64,000 nt of DNA from Candidatus Gastranaerophilales bacterium (GCA_905235155.1 CAJOKJ010000014.1:247-64246), one strand, 5' to 3'; positions 1 to 10,559 are shown, counted from the stretch's first letter. Notes: generated by a model from the sequence alone, not told the origin. A program made the numbers and translations.

Positions 1-801
1 AGTGTAAAAGACAGAATTGCAAAAGCAATGCTTGATGATGCAGAAAAAAGAGGTTTAATAAAAGAGGGTGCGACTATAATTGAGCCAACAAGCGGTAATA
101 CAGGTATTGGTTTAGCAGCAATTGCCGCATCAAGAGGGTACAAAATTATTTTGACTATGCCGGATACAATGAGTATTGAAAGAAGAAACTTATTAAAGGC
201 TTATGGTGCTGAACTTGTACTGACAGAAGGTGCAAAAGGGATGAAAGGAGCTATTGAAAAAGCGGAAGAATTACATAAAGAAATTGAGAATAGTATTATT
301 CCGGGTCAATTTGTAAATCCTGCAAATCCAAAAATGCACTATGAAACTACGGGCCCTGAAATTTGGAATGATACAAAAGGTAATGTGGATATATTTGTTG
401 CAGGTGTTGGAACAGGCGGAACCGTAAGCGGTGTAGGAAAATTTTTAAAAGAAAAAAATCCTGAAATAAAGGTTGTTGCAGTTGAGCCTGCAAGTTCACC
501 TGTTTTATCGGAGGGTAAATCGGGTTCGCATAAAATTCAAGGTATAGGGGCAGGTTTTGTGCCTGATACTTTGGATACAAAAATTTATGATGAAATTATT
601 ACTGTTGAAAATGAAGATGCATTTGAAACAGGAAGATTTTTGGCAAGAAAAGAGGCTTTATTAGTTGGAATTTCGGCAGGTGCAGCGGCTTGGGCAGGTA
701 TTCAACTGGCAAAAAGACCTGAAAACAAAGACAAAAATATAGTAGTATTATTACCTGATACAGGTGAAAGATATCTTTCTTCGCCTATGTTTGCAGATTA
801 A
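1..801 (+). CDS. cysK: Cysteine synthase A / O-acetylserine sulfhydrylase, 5'-truncated by window edge
   Basis: Frame is open from nt 1 ([10 protein letters not shown]...), so the PLP-lysine motif SVKDR sits at the window edge. GNTGIGLA and [10 protein letters not shown] loops and the [11 protein letters not shown] tail are typical of the CysK/CysM fold-II PLP family. Confidence 0.9.
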   Translation, partial: SVKDRIAKAMLDDAEKRGLIKEGATIIEPTSGNTGIGLAAIAASRGYKIILTMPDTMSIERRNLLKAYGAELVLTEGAKGMKGAIEKAEELHKEIENSIIPGQFVNPANPKMHYETTGPEIWNDTKGNVDIFVAGVGTGGTVSGVGKFLKEKNPEIKVVAVEPASSPVLSEGKSGSHKIQGIGAGFVPDTLDTKIYDEIITVENEDAFETGRFLARKEALLVGISAGAAAWAGIQLAKRPENKDKNIVVLLPDTGERYLSSPMFAD

Positions 802-814
802 TAAAGGATTTATT

Positions 815-895
815 ATGATTTACATTAAAAGACCAAATTACAAAAATTCATGTTGCTGTTACAAGAAAATTTATTGTTGTAACGGTAGTTTATGA
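815..895 (+). CDS. Candidate Cys-rich leader peptide, 26 aa (MIYIKRPNYKNSCCCYKKIYCCNGSL)
   Basis: ATG at 815 is preceded by AAGGA (804-808). Five of 26 codons are Cys (851-859 and 875-880). The ORF lies in the 170-nt spacer between cysK and a cysteine-salvage operon, directly upstream of a strong terminator. Confidence 0.35.
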   Translation: MIYIKRPNYKNSCCCYKKIYCCNGSL

Positions 896-921
896 TTTTA
901 TAGATGTAATGTAAATTATTA

Positions 922-959
922 CTCCTGTTATGGCAAATGTTATAACAGGAGTTTTTTTT
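922..959 (+). terminator. Intrinsic terminator / candidate attenuator hairpin
   Basis: Perfect 10-bp stem CTCCTGTTAT / ATAACAGGAG (922-931 / 942-951), extendable by G:U and C:G pairs, followed by T8 (952-959). The SD GGAGG of the next gene starts at 960. Confidence 0.8.
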
Positions 960-972
960 GGAGGATTAAAAA

Positions 973-1869
973 ATGATAGAAACACAAGAAAGTACAACTG
1001 CCAAAATATGTTCATTTGTAAGGGCATATCATGCTAATTTTATTAAAAATAAAATATTTGATGATTATTATGCATTTGAAATAATGGGTAAAGATGAATA
1101 TGAAGAAACGAAAAATTCACTTGTAAAAAAGTTTTTGCCCTGCTATAAATACAAAACTTTAGAAGAAATAAATAATTTATTTTATCCTTTGATAAATAAT
1201 TATTTTGCTCCAATTTTGCTTTCAAGAATTGCATTTGCAGAAAAAGAATTTAAAATATTTTCTTCTATTCATAAAACTTGCCAATATGTAATTTGTGGTG
1301 CAGGTTTAGATACATTTTCGTTGAGAAATGACAATTCAAATGTAAGAATTTTTGAACTTGACCATCCAAGTACTCAAAAATATAAACTAAAACGTATTTA
1401 TGAATTATTATGCAATATTCCGAAAAATACAACTTTTGTTTCTATTGATTTTGAAAAAGAAAAAATGGTCGATGTTTTAATAAAATCAGGATTTAACCCT
1501 GAAATTCCGACATTCTTTTCTATTTTAGGTGTAACTTATTATTTAAGTCTATATACATTTGAACAATCAATAAAAGATATATCTTCTCTTGCGGCAAATG
1601 GAAGCGAAGTTATATATGATTATCCTGATGAAACAACTTTTTCAAAAAAAGCAGCCGGCAGAGTTCAATTTTTAACAAAATTTACTGAAAATTGCGGTGA
1701 AAAAATGAAACATGGGTTTTCTTTTAAAGAAAATTTAAATATTCTTGAAAAATATAATTTTAATGTAATAAAACATCTTTCACCAAATGAAATACAAAAA
1801 CATTTTTTTGAAAATACAGAACAACAGGCTTATGAAAATGTTCATTTTGTAGGTGCTATAAAATATTAA
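973..1869 (+). CDS. Class I SAM-dependent methyltransferase (leucine carboxyl / O-methyltransferase-like family)
   Basis: VICGAGLDTFSLR ... RIFELDHPSTQKYK ... FFSILGVTYYLS pattern matches the LCM/TIGR00027-type SAM-MTases. GGAGG SD lies upstream. Confidence 0.7.
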   Translation: MIETQESTTAKICSFVRAYHANFIKNKIFDDYYAFEIMGKDEYEETKNSLVKKFLPCYKYKTLEEINNLFYPLINNYFAPILLSRIAFAEKEFKIFSSIHKTCQYVICGAGLDTFSLRNDNSNVRIFELDHPSTQKYKLKRIYELLCNIPKNTTFVSIDFEKEKMVDVLIKSGFNPEIPTFFSILGVTYYLSLYTFEQSIKDISSLAANGSEVIYDYPDETTFSKKAAGRVQFLTKFTENCGEKMKHGFSFKENLNILEKYNFNVIKHLSPNEIQKHFFENTEQQAYENVHFVGAIKY

Positions 1870-1888
1870 AAATAATAAAGGAGAAATT

Positions 1889-3034
1889 ATGAAAAATTAC
1901 AAAAATTTTGATTCAGCAGTAATACATGGCGGAATTTTCGGTGATGAAAAAACGGGTGCAGTAAATGTACCAATTTATCAAACATCAACTTACGAACAAG
2001 AAAAATTAGGAAAACACAAAGGATGGGAATATTCCAGAACAGGAAATCCTACAAGGGCAGCTTTGGAAAGTTTAATTGCAGAACTTGAACAAGGTGTTGC
2101 AGGTTTTGCTTTTGCTTCCGGCATGGCTGCTATTACCGCAGTTTTAAGTCTTTTTAAAAGTGGTGACAAAATTATTATTTCAGATAATATTTATGGAGGA
2201 ACTTTTAGAGTTTTAGACAAAGTATTTAACCATTTTAATATTACATACCAAATTGTCGATACAACAAATCTTGAGGCTGTGGAAAATGCTATTACAGATG
2301 ATGTTAAAGCTATTTTTATTGAAACTCCGACAAATCCGCTTTTGCGTGTTACTGATATTAAGGCTATTTCGGATATAGCTAAAAAACATAATATTTTATC
2401 AATAGCCGATAATACATTTATGACACCATATTTGCAACGTCCAATTGAACTTGGCAGCGATATTGTAATCCATAGTGCTACAAAATATCTTGGTGGACAT
2501 AGTGATATTATTGCCGGTCTTGTTGTCGTAAATTCGGAAGAACTTGCAGAAAAAATTGCATTTATCCAAAACTCAACAGGCGGAATTTTACAGCCGTTTG
2601 ATTCTTTTCTATTGATAAGAGGAATTAAAACTCTTGCCGTCAGAATGGACAGACACGTTGAAAATGCTCAAAAAACAGTTGAATATTTAAAAAATAAAGT
2701 CGGGGTTAAAAATATATATTATCCGATTAATAATGAAATAAATAAAAAACAGGCTAAAAATGGCGGTGTTATGCTGTCTTTTGAATTAAATGAGAATTAC
2801 AATGTGGAAAAATTCTTTAATTCTTTAAAATTTATAACTCTTGCGGAAAGTCTTGGCGGTGTGGAATCTCTAGTATGCCACCCCGCATCAATGACACATG
2901 CGTCTATTCCTGCCGACATAAGAAAAAAAGTTGGAATTACAGATAATTTAATACGTCTTTCTGTTGGAATTGAAAATATAAATGATATTCTTGAAGATTT
3001 AGAACAAGCAATTAATGAAAGCGAGGTAAAATAA
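1889..3034 (+). CDS. PLP-dependent trans-sulfuration enzyme (cystathionine gamma-lyase/gamma-synthase/beta-lyase family, MetB/MetC/MccB type)
   Basis: Cys/Met-metabolism PLP family signatures: YSRTGNPT, and HSATKYLGGHSD containing the PLP lysine. Length is 381 aa. Confidence 0.85.
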   Translation: MKNYKNFDSAVIHGGIFGDEKTGAVNVPIYQTSTYEQEKLGKHKGWEYSRTGNPTRAALESLIAELEQGVAGFAFASGMAAITAVLSLFKSGDKIIISDNIYGGTFRVLDKVFNHFNITYQIVDTTNLEAVENAITDDVKAIFIETPTNPLLRVTDIKAISDIAKKHNILSIADNTFMTPYLQRPIELGSDIVIHSATKYLGGHSDIIAGLVVVNSEELAEKIAFIQNSTGGILQPFDSFLLIRGIKTLAVRMDRHVENAQKTVEYLKNKVGVKNIYYPINNEINKKQAKNGGVMLSFELNENYNVEKFFNSLKFITLAESLGGVESLVCHPASMTHASIPADIRKKVGITDNLIRLSVGIENINDILEDLEQAINESEVK

Positions 3035-3945
3035 TGCATTATTACAATTCAATGCAAGATTTAATAGGAAACACACCACTTGTAAAATTAAATTATCTTG
3101 ATTTACCTAAAGAAATAAATTTATTTGCAAAATTAGAATTATATAATCCGTCAGGCAGCGTAAAAGACAGAACAGGTAAATATATGATTGAAAATGCCGA
3201 GAAAAAAGGTATTTTAAAAAAAGGCGGAACAATAATTGAAGCAACAGCAGGAAATACAGGTTTGGGAATTGCTTTTGCCGCTCTAAACAAAGGTTATAAA
3301 ATAATTTTTGTTGTACCCGAAAAATTTTCTCAGGAAAAACAAACTTTAATGCGTGCATTAGGTGCTGAAATTATAAACACCCCGAGAGAAGGCGGAATGT
3401 TAGGTGCTGCTCAAAAAACTCAGGAGCTGATTAAAGAAATACCAAATTCAATTTCACTTGAACAATTTAAAAATCAAAGTAATCCTCTTGCACATTATGA
3501 AACAACAGGCAAAGAAATTTATAATGACCTTGACGGTGATATAGATTATTTAGTAGCAGGTGCAGGAAGCGGTGGAACTTTTAGCGGTGTTGTAAAATAT
3601 TTAAAAGAAAAAAATCCAAACATAAAAGGTGTTCTTGCCGACCCTATCGGCTCTACAATGGGTGGTGGAAAACATGCAGATTATAATATTGAAGGTATTG
3701 GAAATGATTTTATTGCTGATACAATGGATATGTCACTTGTAGACAAAGTTATAAAAATAAGTGATAATGAAGCATTTGAATGGGCTAACAAATTAGCTTT
3801 AAAAGAAGGTATTTTTGCAGGTTCATCATCAGGTGCTGCAATAGCTGCCGCAAAAAAATTAACAGATACAGGCGTAAAAGGCAATATTGTTGTTATTTTA
3901 CCGGATAGAGGCGATAGATATTTTAGTAAACATTTGTATAATTAA
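3034..3945 (+). CDS. Cysteine synthase / cystathionine beta-synthase family PLP enzyme (CysK/CysM/MccA type)
   Basis: NPSGSVKDR PLP-lysine motif, GNTGLGIA, GAGSGGTFSG. Start overlaps the stop of the upstream gene (ATAATG), suggesting translational coupling. Confidence 0.85.
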   Translation: MHYYNSMQDLIGNTPLVKLNYLDLPKEINLFAKLELYNPSGSVKDRTGKYMIENAEKKGILKKGGTIIEATAGNTGLGIAFAALNKGYKIIFVVPEKFSQEKQTLMRALGAEIINTPREGGMLGAAQKTQELIKEIPNSISLEQFKNQSNPLAHYETTGKEIYNDLDGDIDYLVAGAGSGGTFSGVVKYLKEKNPNIKGVLADPIGSTMGGGKHADYNIEGIGNDFIADTMDMSLVDKVIKISDNEAFEWANKLALKEGIFAGSSSGAAIAAAKKLTDTGVKGNIVVILPDRGDRYFSKHLYN

Positions 3946-3957
3946 AAGGATTTTATT

Positions 3958-5277
3958 ATGAACAATTTAGACCATAAAGAACTAAAACCGTGGAGAGATG
4001 AGAGTTTTAAGGCTCTTATTCCGTTTATTGCTTTTGTAATCTTCTATTTTGGTTTTTCTATTATTACTCAAGATTTTTCTAAAGTTCCTATGACGGTTGC
4101 TTTTATTTTTTCTTCTGCAATTGCTCTAATTTTAAATCATAAGGAAAAATTAAATAAAAAAATTGAAATATTTGCTCTTGGTATGGGTAAAAAAGACATT
4201 ATGATTATGTGTCTTATTTTTGTTCTTGCAGGTGCGTTTACTGCAACTGCACAAGCTGTTGGGGCGGTTGATGCTGCTGTTGCAATCGCACAGCATTTTG
4301 TTCCTGCAAAATTTATTGTGTCAGGAATTTTTGTTGTTTCTGCATTAATTTCTCTGGCGGTTGGAACTTCTTGCGGTACAATTGCAGCAGTTGTGCCTAT
4401 TGCAGTTACATTGGCTCAATCTTTAGGTTTAAATCCTGCTTTTTTAGTTGGTGCAACTGTTGGTGGTGCTATGTTTGGTGATAATTTGTCTTTAATCTCA
4501 GATACTACAATAGCCTCAACTCGTACTCAAAATGTTGAAATGCGTGATAAAATGATTTATAACTTGAGAATAGTTACTATTCCTGCAATATTGTGCATTT
4601 TACTTTACATGTTGCCGTTTTTTTCAAACTCAAATGTTGATGTTACAAATATTACTATAAATATTGATGCTTATATAAAAATTTTACCTTATATCTTATT
4701 ACTAATTTTTGGCTTAATGAATATCAATGTAATGTTTTTATTATTAATCGGAATTATTTTAAATACAGTTATAGGTATTAGTTTTGGTGATTTTGATATT
4801 TGGACTGCATTCAGTAAAATGGGTGACGGAACTGTTAGTATGGCAAATACTCTCATAGTTGCAATGCTTGCAGGAGGTTTGTTGCAAATGGTACGTTGGA
4901 ATGGTGGTATAAGTTATATTATTAATAAGACAGAGTACCTTATACATAACAGAAAACATTGTGAATTTGGAATTTGTTTTTTGGTTGGTGTAATTAACTT
5001 ATTTACCGCAAATAACACTGTTGCAATTATTACAGCAGGGCCTATTGCAAAAGAAATTAGTGAAAAATACGGAGTTGACCCAAGAAGAACTGCAAGTTTA
5101 TTAGATACAACATCTTGTTTTGTACAAGGAATTATACCTTATGGGGCTCAAATTCTTATTGCAACAAGCCTTGCAGCATCAGTATCTTTAAGTTCTTTTT
5201 CAATTATAAAATGCTTACTATATCCTGCATTAATAGGTTTAGGACTATTTGTGTCACTAACTTTTGCTAAAAAATAA
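3958..5277 (+). CDS. NhaC-family Na+/H+ antiporter-type transporter (possible amino-acid/methionine transporter)
   Basis: 439 aa, about 11-12 hydrophobic segments, NhaC-like overall pattern. It follows the trans-sulfuration genes by 12 nt. Confidence 0.7.
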   Translation: MNNLDHKELKPWRDESFKALIPFIAFVIFYFGFSIITQDFSKVPMTVAFIFSSAIALILNHKEKLNKKIEIFALGMGKKDIMIMCLIFVLAGAFTATAQAVGAVDAAVAIAQHFVPAKFIVSGIFVVSALISLAVGTSCGTIAAVVPIAVTLAQSLGLNPAFLVGATVGGAMFGDNLSLISDTTIASTRTQNVEMRDKMIYNLRIVTIPAILCILLYMLPFFSNSNVDVTNITINIDAYIKILPYILLLIFGLMNINVMFLLLIGIILNTVIGISFGDFDIWTAFSKMGDGTVSMANTLIVAMLAGGLLQMVRWNGGISYIINKTEYLIHNRKHCEFGICFLVGVINLFTANNTVAIITAGPIAKEISEKYGVDPRRTASLLDTTSCFVQGIIPYGAQILIATSLAASVSLSSFSIIKCLLYPALIGLGLFVSLTFAKK

Positions 5278-5490
5278 GATAATTATTTTTTAGGTTCAAT
5301 CCATATTAAAGTAAATTGTTTATTTTGCTTAAACGGATTTGTACTATATTCTTTTTGTTTGTTTTCTTTCTTTATTTTTAATAATTTTTTTGTAAAATTT
5401 AAAAATTCCATAAAAAAATTATTACTCGTTTTTGATTGGTTTTATCCCTAAAAAGTACTAATTAAAAGGTATTTATGATAAAATTAAAAT

Positions 5491-6417
5491 ATGAAAGAAC
5501 TCGAAATTATAAGTATAATTCAAAAAAAATTATTTTCTGAATACATAGGTGATGATTGTGCTTATTTGAAAGATTTGGGAATAGTTGTAACTCAAGACAG
5601 TTTGGTTGAAGATGTACATTTTTCACGCAAATTTTCAACACCTTTTCAATTAGGTTATAAATCTGTTGCCGTAAATTTAAGCGATATATATGCATCAGGT
5701 GCTGAAGCAAAATATTTAACCATATCTTTATCTTTGCCTGACAAGATTGAAGATAATTTTGTTGAAAACTTTTATGAAGGTGCTAAACTTGCACTAAACG
5801 GTGCAAAAATTGTCGGTGGTGATATTACAGGTTCGGATAAAATTTTTGTATCCGTAGCTGCAATAGGTTCAACAAAAAATAGAAAAATATCTTCAAGAAA
5901 AAACGCACGCAGTGATTATAAAATTATAACAAATGGTTTTCATGGCTCAAGTGCGGCAGGATTATTCGCTTTGCAAAATAACCTTAACGGATATGAAACA
6001 CTTAAAAAAGAACATTTAATGCCGAATGTTTCTTCAAAATTATCAGAAATAATTGCGAAAACTGCAAAAAATGATTATGCTATGATGGATTCTTCAGACG
6101 GTTTAATGGATGCTTTATATAAAATTGCTCAAAACAGTAATTTAAAAGCAAGAGTGGATTTTAATAAAATTCCTTATGACAAAACTATTGAAAATTTTGA
6201 TTATAAAAATATGATTTTTTTTGGCGGAGAAGATTATAAACTCGTTTGTGCAATTTCAAAAGAAGATTTGGATAATATAAATAAGGATTTATATTACGAA
6301 ATAGGTGAAATTGTTGAAAAAACAGATAATAATATTGTAGAAGTTAATTTTGGTAATGAAATAAAACAATTTACAAAAAATGATATCGAAAAAAAACTGT
6401 TTAAACATTTTAATTGA
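5491..6417 (+). CDS. thiL: Thiamine-monophosphate kinase
   Basis: AIR-synthase-related fold signature IGDDCAYL ... VVTQDSLVEDVHF ... GGDIT ... MMDSSDGL. Confidence 0.85.
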   Translation: MKELEIISIIQKKLFSEYIGDDCAYLKDLGIVVTQDSLVEDVHFSRKFSTPFQLGYKSVAVNLSDIYASGAEAKYLTISLSLPDKIEDNFVENFYEGAKLALNGAKIVGGDITGSDKIFVSVAAIGSTKNRKISSRKNARSDYKIITNGFHGSSAAGLFALQNNLNGYETLKKEHLMPNVSSKLSEIIAKTAKNDYAMMDSSDGLMDALYKIAQNSNLKARVDFNKIPYDKTIENFDYKNMIFFGGEDYKLVCAISKEDLDNINKDLYYEIGEIVEKTDNNIVEVNFGNEIKQFTKNDIEKKLFKHFN

Positions 6418-6462
6418 CAATAAAATTTAAAACTGATACTATTTTCAAAAAGAGGTTATTAT

Positions 6463-7269
6463 ATGAAAAATTTATTTAAGCTATTTAGTAATACAACAAT
6501 TCAATGTTTAAAAGCCTTTACACTTGCAGAAGTTGTTTTGGTTATGGGTATAATAGGCATTGTCGGAATTTTGGCGGTTACGAATGCCAGAAAAGATGTT
6601 GATGATGCAGAAAAAATTGCTCAATTAAGAAAAACTTATGAAATTCTTGGTGCTGCATTTGCAACAGCAGTTGCAGAAAACGGAACAACAGATGGTTGGG
6701 GTACGGATAACAATTTTTGGAATACAATTAAACCTTATCTAAAATTATCACAGAATTGTGGTAGTGCTAAAGGTTGTTGGAGACCCGGTAACACTGTTAA
6801 TTTAACTTCAGTAAACGGTTTTGATATTAATGGCTCAGCACCATTTTATAAGGGTATTTTAACAAATGGTGCTTCAATTTCTGTTTCTACATGTGGTTCT
6901 GCTTGTACAGATCGACTAAAAAATACAGATAATAATAATGAAAATTATCAATATGCACAGGTATATGTCGATGTAAACGGGCCTAAAAAAGGATTACATA
7001 AATTAGGTGATGATATTTTTGCCTTTCGTGTTACAAAAAATGGTGACGTAAGACCTTATGTACCAACAGGTGATAACCAAAAAAATGACAATGTAAATAA
7101 TACTACAATTGCAAAATGCAGAGAAAACGGGATTTATTGTACTGCTTGGGCAATAAAATTTGGTAATATAGATTACTTAAATACAAATGCAAGTGGTGTA
7201 TGCAATAATAATTCATCAATTACATTAAACTGGAATGGGGCTCATTCTTGCACAAAATCACGTCAATAA
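6463..7269 (+). CDS. Type IV pilin-like / pseudopilin protein with prepilin-type N-terminal methylation-domain motif
   Basis: N-terminus ...CLKA/FTLAEVVLVMGIIGIVGILAV (FTLAE plus hydrophobic helix). The Cys-containing C-terminal domain shares motifs with the ORF at 51449-52117. Confidence 0.75.
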   Translation: MKNLFKLFSNTTIQCLKAFTLAEVVLVMGIIGIVGILAVTNARKDVDDAEKIAQLRKTYEILGAAFATAVAENGTTDGWGTDNNFWNTIKPYLKLSQNCGSAKGCWRPGNTVNLTSVNGFDINGSAPFYKGILTNGASISVSTCGSACTDRLKNTDNNNENYQYAQVYVDVNGPKKGLHKLGDDIFAFRVTKNGDVRPYVPTGDNQKNDNVNNTTIAKCRENGIYCTAWAIKFGNIDYLNTNASGVCNNNSSITLNWNGAHSCTKSRQ

Positions 7270-7285
7270 ACATAAATAATAAATA

Positions 7286-7320
7286 AAAAATCGAAGGTTA
7301 ATATTTAACCTTCGATTTTT
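7286..7320. terminator. Bidirectional intrinsic terminator between convergent genes
   Basis: AAAAA-TCGAAGGTTAA-tat-TTAACCTTCGA-TTTTT: an 11-bp perfect stem flanked by an A-run and a T-run. Confidence 0.85.
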
Positions 7321-7337
7321 GTTATTAAATATAATTT

Positions 7338-8147
7338 TTACTGTTGTAAAGATGATTTAATAACTTCTATTTCATCAATTGATGCATATACTGTACGACA
7401 TCCGCAATCAACATAAAGAATTTCGCCTGTTGTTCCGCTTGAAAGTGGTGATGCTAAATACATACCTGCTTTACCAACATCTTCGAGAGATGTATTACGT
7501 TTTAGAGGTGATTTTAAGGCAGCAGCCTTTAACATGTGGTCAAAACCGGAAATTCCTCTTGCAGCAAGTGTTTTTATAGGGCCTGCGGATAAACAATTTA
7601 CTCTAATACCATTTTTACCCATATCCATTGCGAGATATCTCATTGATGCTTCTAATGCTGCTTTTGCAACACCCATTATGTTATAATTAGCAACACAGAA
7701 TTCTGAACCTAAATATGTTAATGCAAGAACTGAACCGCCTTCATTCATTACAGGTCTTGCTTCACGACAAATTGAAATTAAAGAATAAGAGCTTACTCCT
7801 AATGCCAAATCCCAACCTGCTTTTGAAGTGTTTATAAATTCTCCTTGTAAATCTTCTTTGTTTGCAAATGCTACTGCGTGAACTACAAAATCTAATTTAC
7901 CGTATATCTTTTCACATTCTTCAAATACATGCTTAACTTCATCTTCTTTTGTAACATCACAAGATATTATTAATTTTGAATTCATCTCTTGTGCAAGAGG
8001 TGTTACACGTTTTTCCATAACTTCACCTGCATAAGTGAATGCTATGTCTGCACCTTCGTCAAATAGTTGTTTTGCTATTGCGTAAGCAATACCGTGATTA
8101 TTTGACACTCCAAATATTACCCCTTTTTTTCCTTGCATTATTCCCAT
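7338..8147 (-). CDS. fabI: Enoyl-[acyl-carrier-protein] reductase (NADH), FabI type
   Basis: SDR fold GKKGVIFGVSNNHGIAYAIAK, with the Y..M...K region (SYSLIS ... YNIMGVAKAALE) typical of FabI. Confidence 0.9.
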   Translation of the reverse strand: MGIMQGKKGVIFGVSNNHGIAYAIAKQLFDEGADIAFTYAGEVMEKRVTPLAQEMNSKLIISCDVTKEDEVKHVFEECEKIYGKLDFVVHAVAFANKEDLQGEFINTSKAGWDLALGVSSYSLISICREARPVMNEGGSVLALTYLGSEFCVANYNIMGVAKAALEASMRYLAMDMGKNGIRVNCLSAGPIKTLAARGISGFDHMLKAAALKSPLKRNTSLEDVGKAGMYLASPLSSGTTGEILYVDCGCRTVYASIDEIEVIKSSLQQ

Positions 8148-8167
8148 AAAATTAACCTCCTTATAGT

Positions 8168-9218
<1,051 letters not shown>

Positions 9219-9226
<8 letters not shown>

Positions 9227-10376
9227 TTCTTGTTTGCATTGCCTTTTCTGTCGGTATAATAACATTGTATGTTGTACCTTGCATTGCTTCGGTATCAACC
9301 CACATATTACCTTTTAACATCTTTATCAAATTTTTTATTACTGCAAATGATATTGAACGAATTATATTTTTTTTGTTTTGATTATCTAATTGGGCATAAG
9401 GTTCAAATAAATTATCTAAATCTGCTTCACTTATTCCAAGTCCCATATCTTTTACTGTTATCATTAAAAATGATTTTTCATTTGCATCTTCAAACGGTAC
9501 AAATCCTTTATCATTAACTAATTCTAATTCAGGATGTTTTACATCAACACTTATTTCACCAACATCTGTTGATTTTACTGCTATTTCGATTATATTTTGT
9601 AAAATTATTTTTAAAAGTTGTTCGTCGGAATATACTGTTCTTTTTATATCTGAAGATATTTCGACGTTAATTTTTAAATCTTTTTCTTCTGCTTCTTTAC
9701 TATTGTATTTTATTGCTTCATCCAATATATTTACTGCATCAAAATAGCTGAACTTGTGTTCAAATAGGTTTGATTCTGATTTTGACAAGTCTATAATTCT
9801 GTTAAATAACGATAAAACTTCTTCTGAATTTTTATTTATAATTTTTAAATATTTTTCTTGTTTTTCGTTAATTTCTCCGCCAAGACCGTCTAAAACTGCC
9901 TGAGAAAAACCTATGACAGATTGTAGAGGTGTTTTTATTTCATTAGATAATTTTACTAAAAAATTGTTTTTATCCCGATTAATTTTTTTAGAACTTTCAT
10001 GTTCTACAAGAATACTTGTAAGTGTTTTGTAACTTTGAGTATTATTTCTCATTATTACAAGATAACCTTCTTCCGTTTTACTTGCAGAAATTTCGTAAAA
10101 GAAATCTTTTTCCAGTGCTGATTTTGTTCTTACAATAGAAGTTTTTTCTTTATCTGCAATTTTGACGATTAAATCCATTGCGTTTTCAAAAATGTCGTCA
10201 ATATATCCTTCAGCAAAATTTTCTTTTATAGCAGACAAACTTTTTTGTGCCAAATCATTATGCCATAAAAAACTGCCTTGATTATTTAAAAGTACTACAC
10301 TGTCAGGAAGCTTTGTTAATAAATCTTCCTCGTCATCTTTTACAAATAAATTTTTAATAAAATCAATCATAAACAC
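9219..10376 (-). CDS. Cytoplasmic histidine-kinase homolog with degenerate catalytic motifs (pseudo-HK)
   Basis: HisKA-like [19 protein letters not shown] carries Asn where the phospho-acceptor His should be. HATPase_c-like [20 protein letters not shown] and [10 protein letters not shown] are present, but the second N-box Asn and the G2 glycine box are missing. GTG start. Stop overlaps the ATPase start by 8 nt (ATGAGTGA). Confidence 0.7.
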
Positions 10377-10559
10377 CTACTTTTTAAGTATATCATAGTC
10401 GTATATTTTCGCAAGTTTTATGCCATACAGACTTGTATATCACATAAAACGATTTAAAATATAAAGTTTTGTAAAGTGTAAAAATATTAACTAGCAAAAA
10501 TTTTTTTGTGTGGGTTTAAAGCATGTGCGTACGTCTACGTTTAATTTAAGGAGAAAAAT

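Noticed and set aside
347-580. Numerous 60-176-aa ORFs antisense to or nested in long, well-supported genes. Examples are 347-580, 1043-1234, 2797-3039, 3093-3358, 26185-26532, 35561-36091, 46004-46375, 49602-50064, 53737-54096, 56788-57078 and 57242-57568.
   Set aside because: They lie entirely inside conserved CDSs on the other strand or frame, have low-complexity AT-driven composition (F/I/L/K/N-rich), and have no SD or motifs. These are typical shadow ORFs of an AT-rich genome.
10377-10559. Locally GC-richer stretch GTGTGGGTTTAAAGCATGTGCGTACGTCTACG upstream of ORF 10560 as a possible small RNA or riboswitch.
   Set aside because: It contains only short palindromes (CGTACG, ACGT) and no extended helices or known motif. 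This is insufficient evidence.
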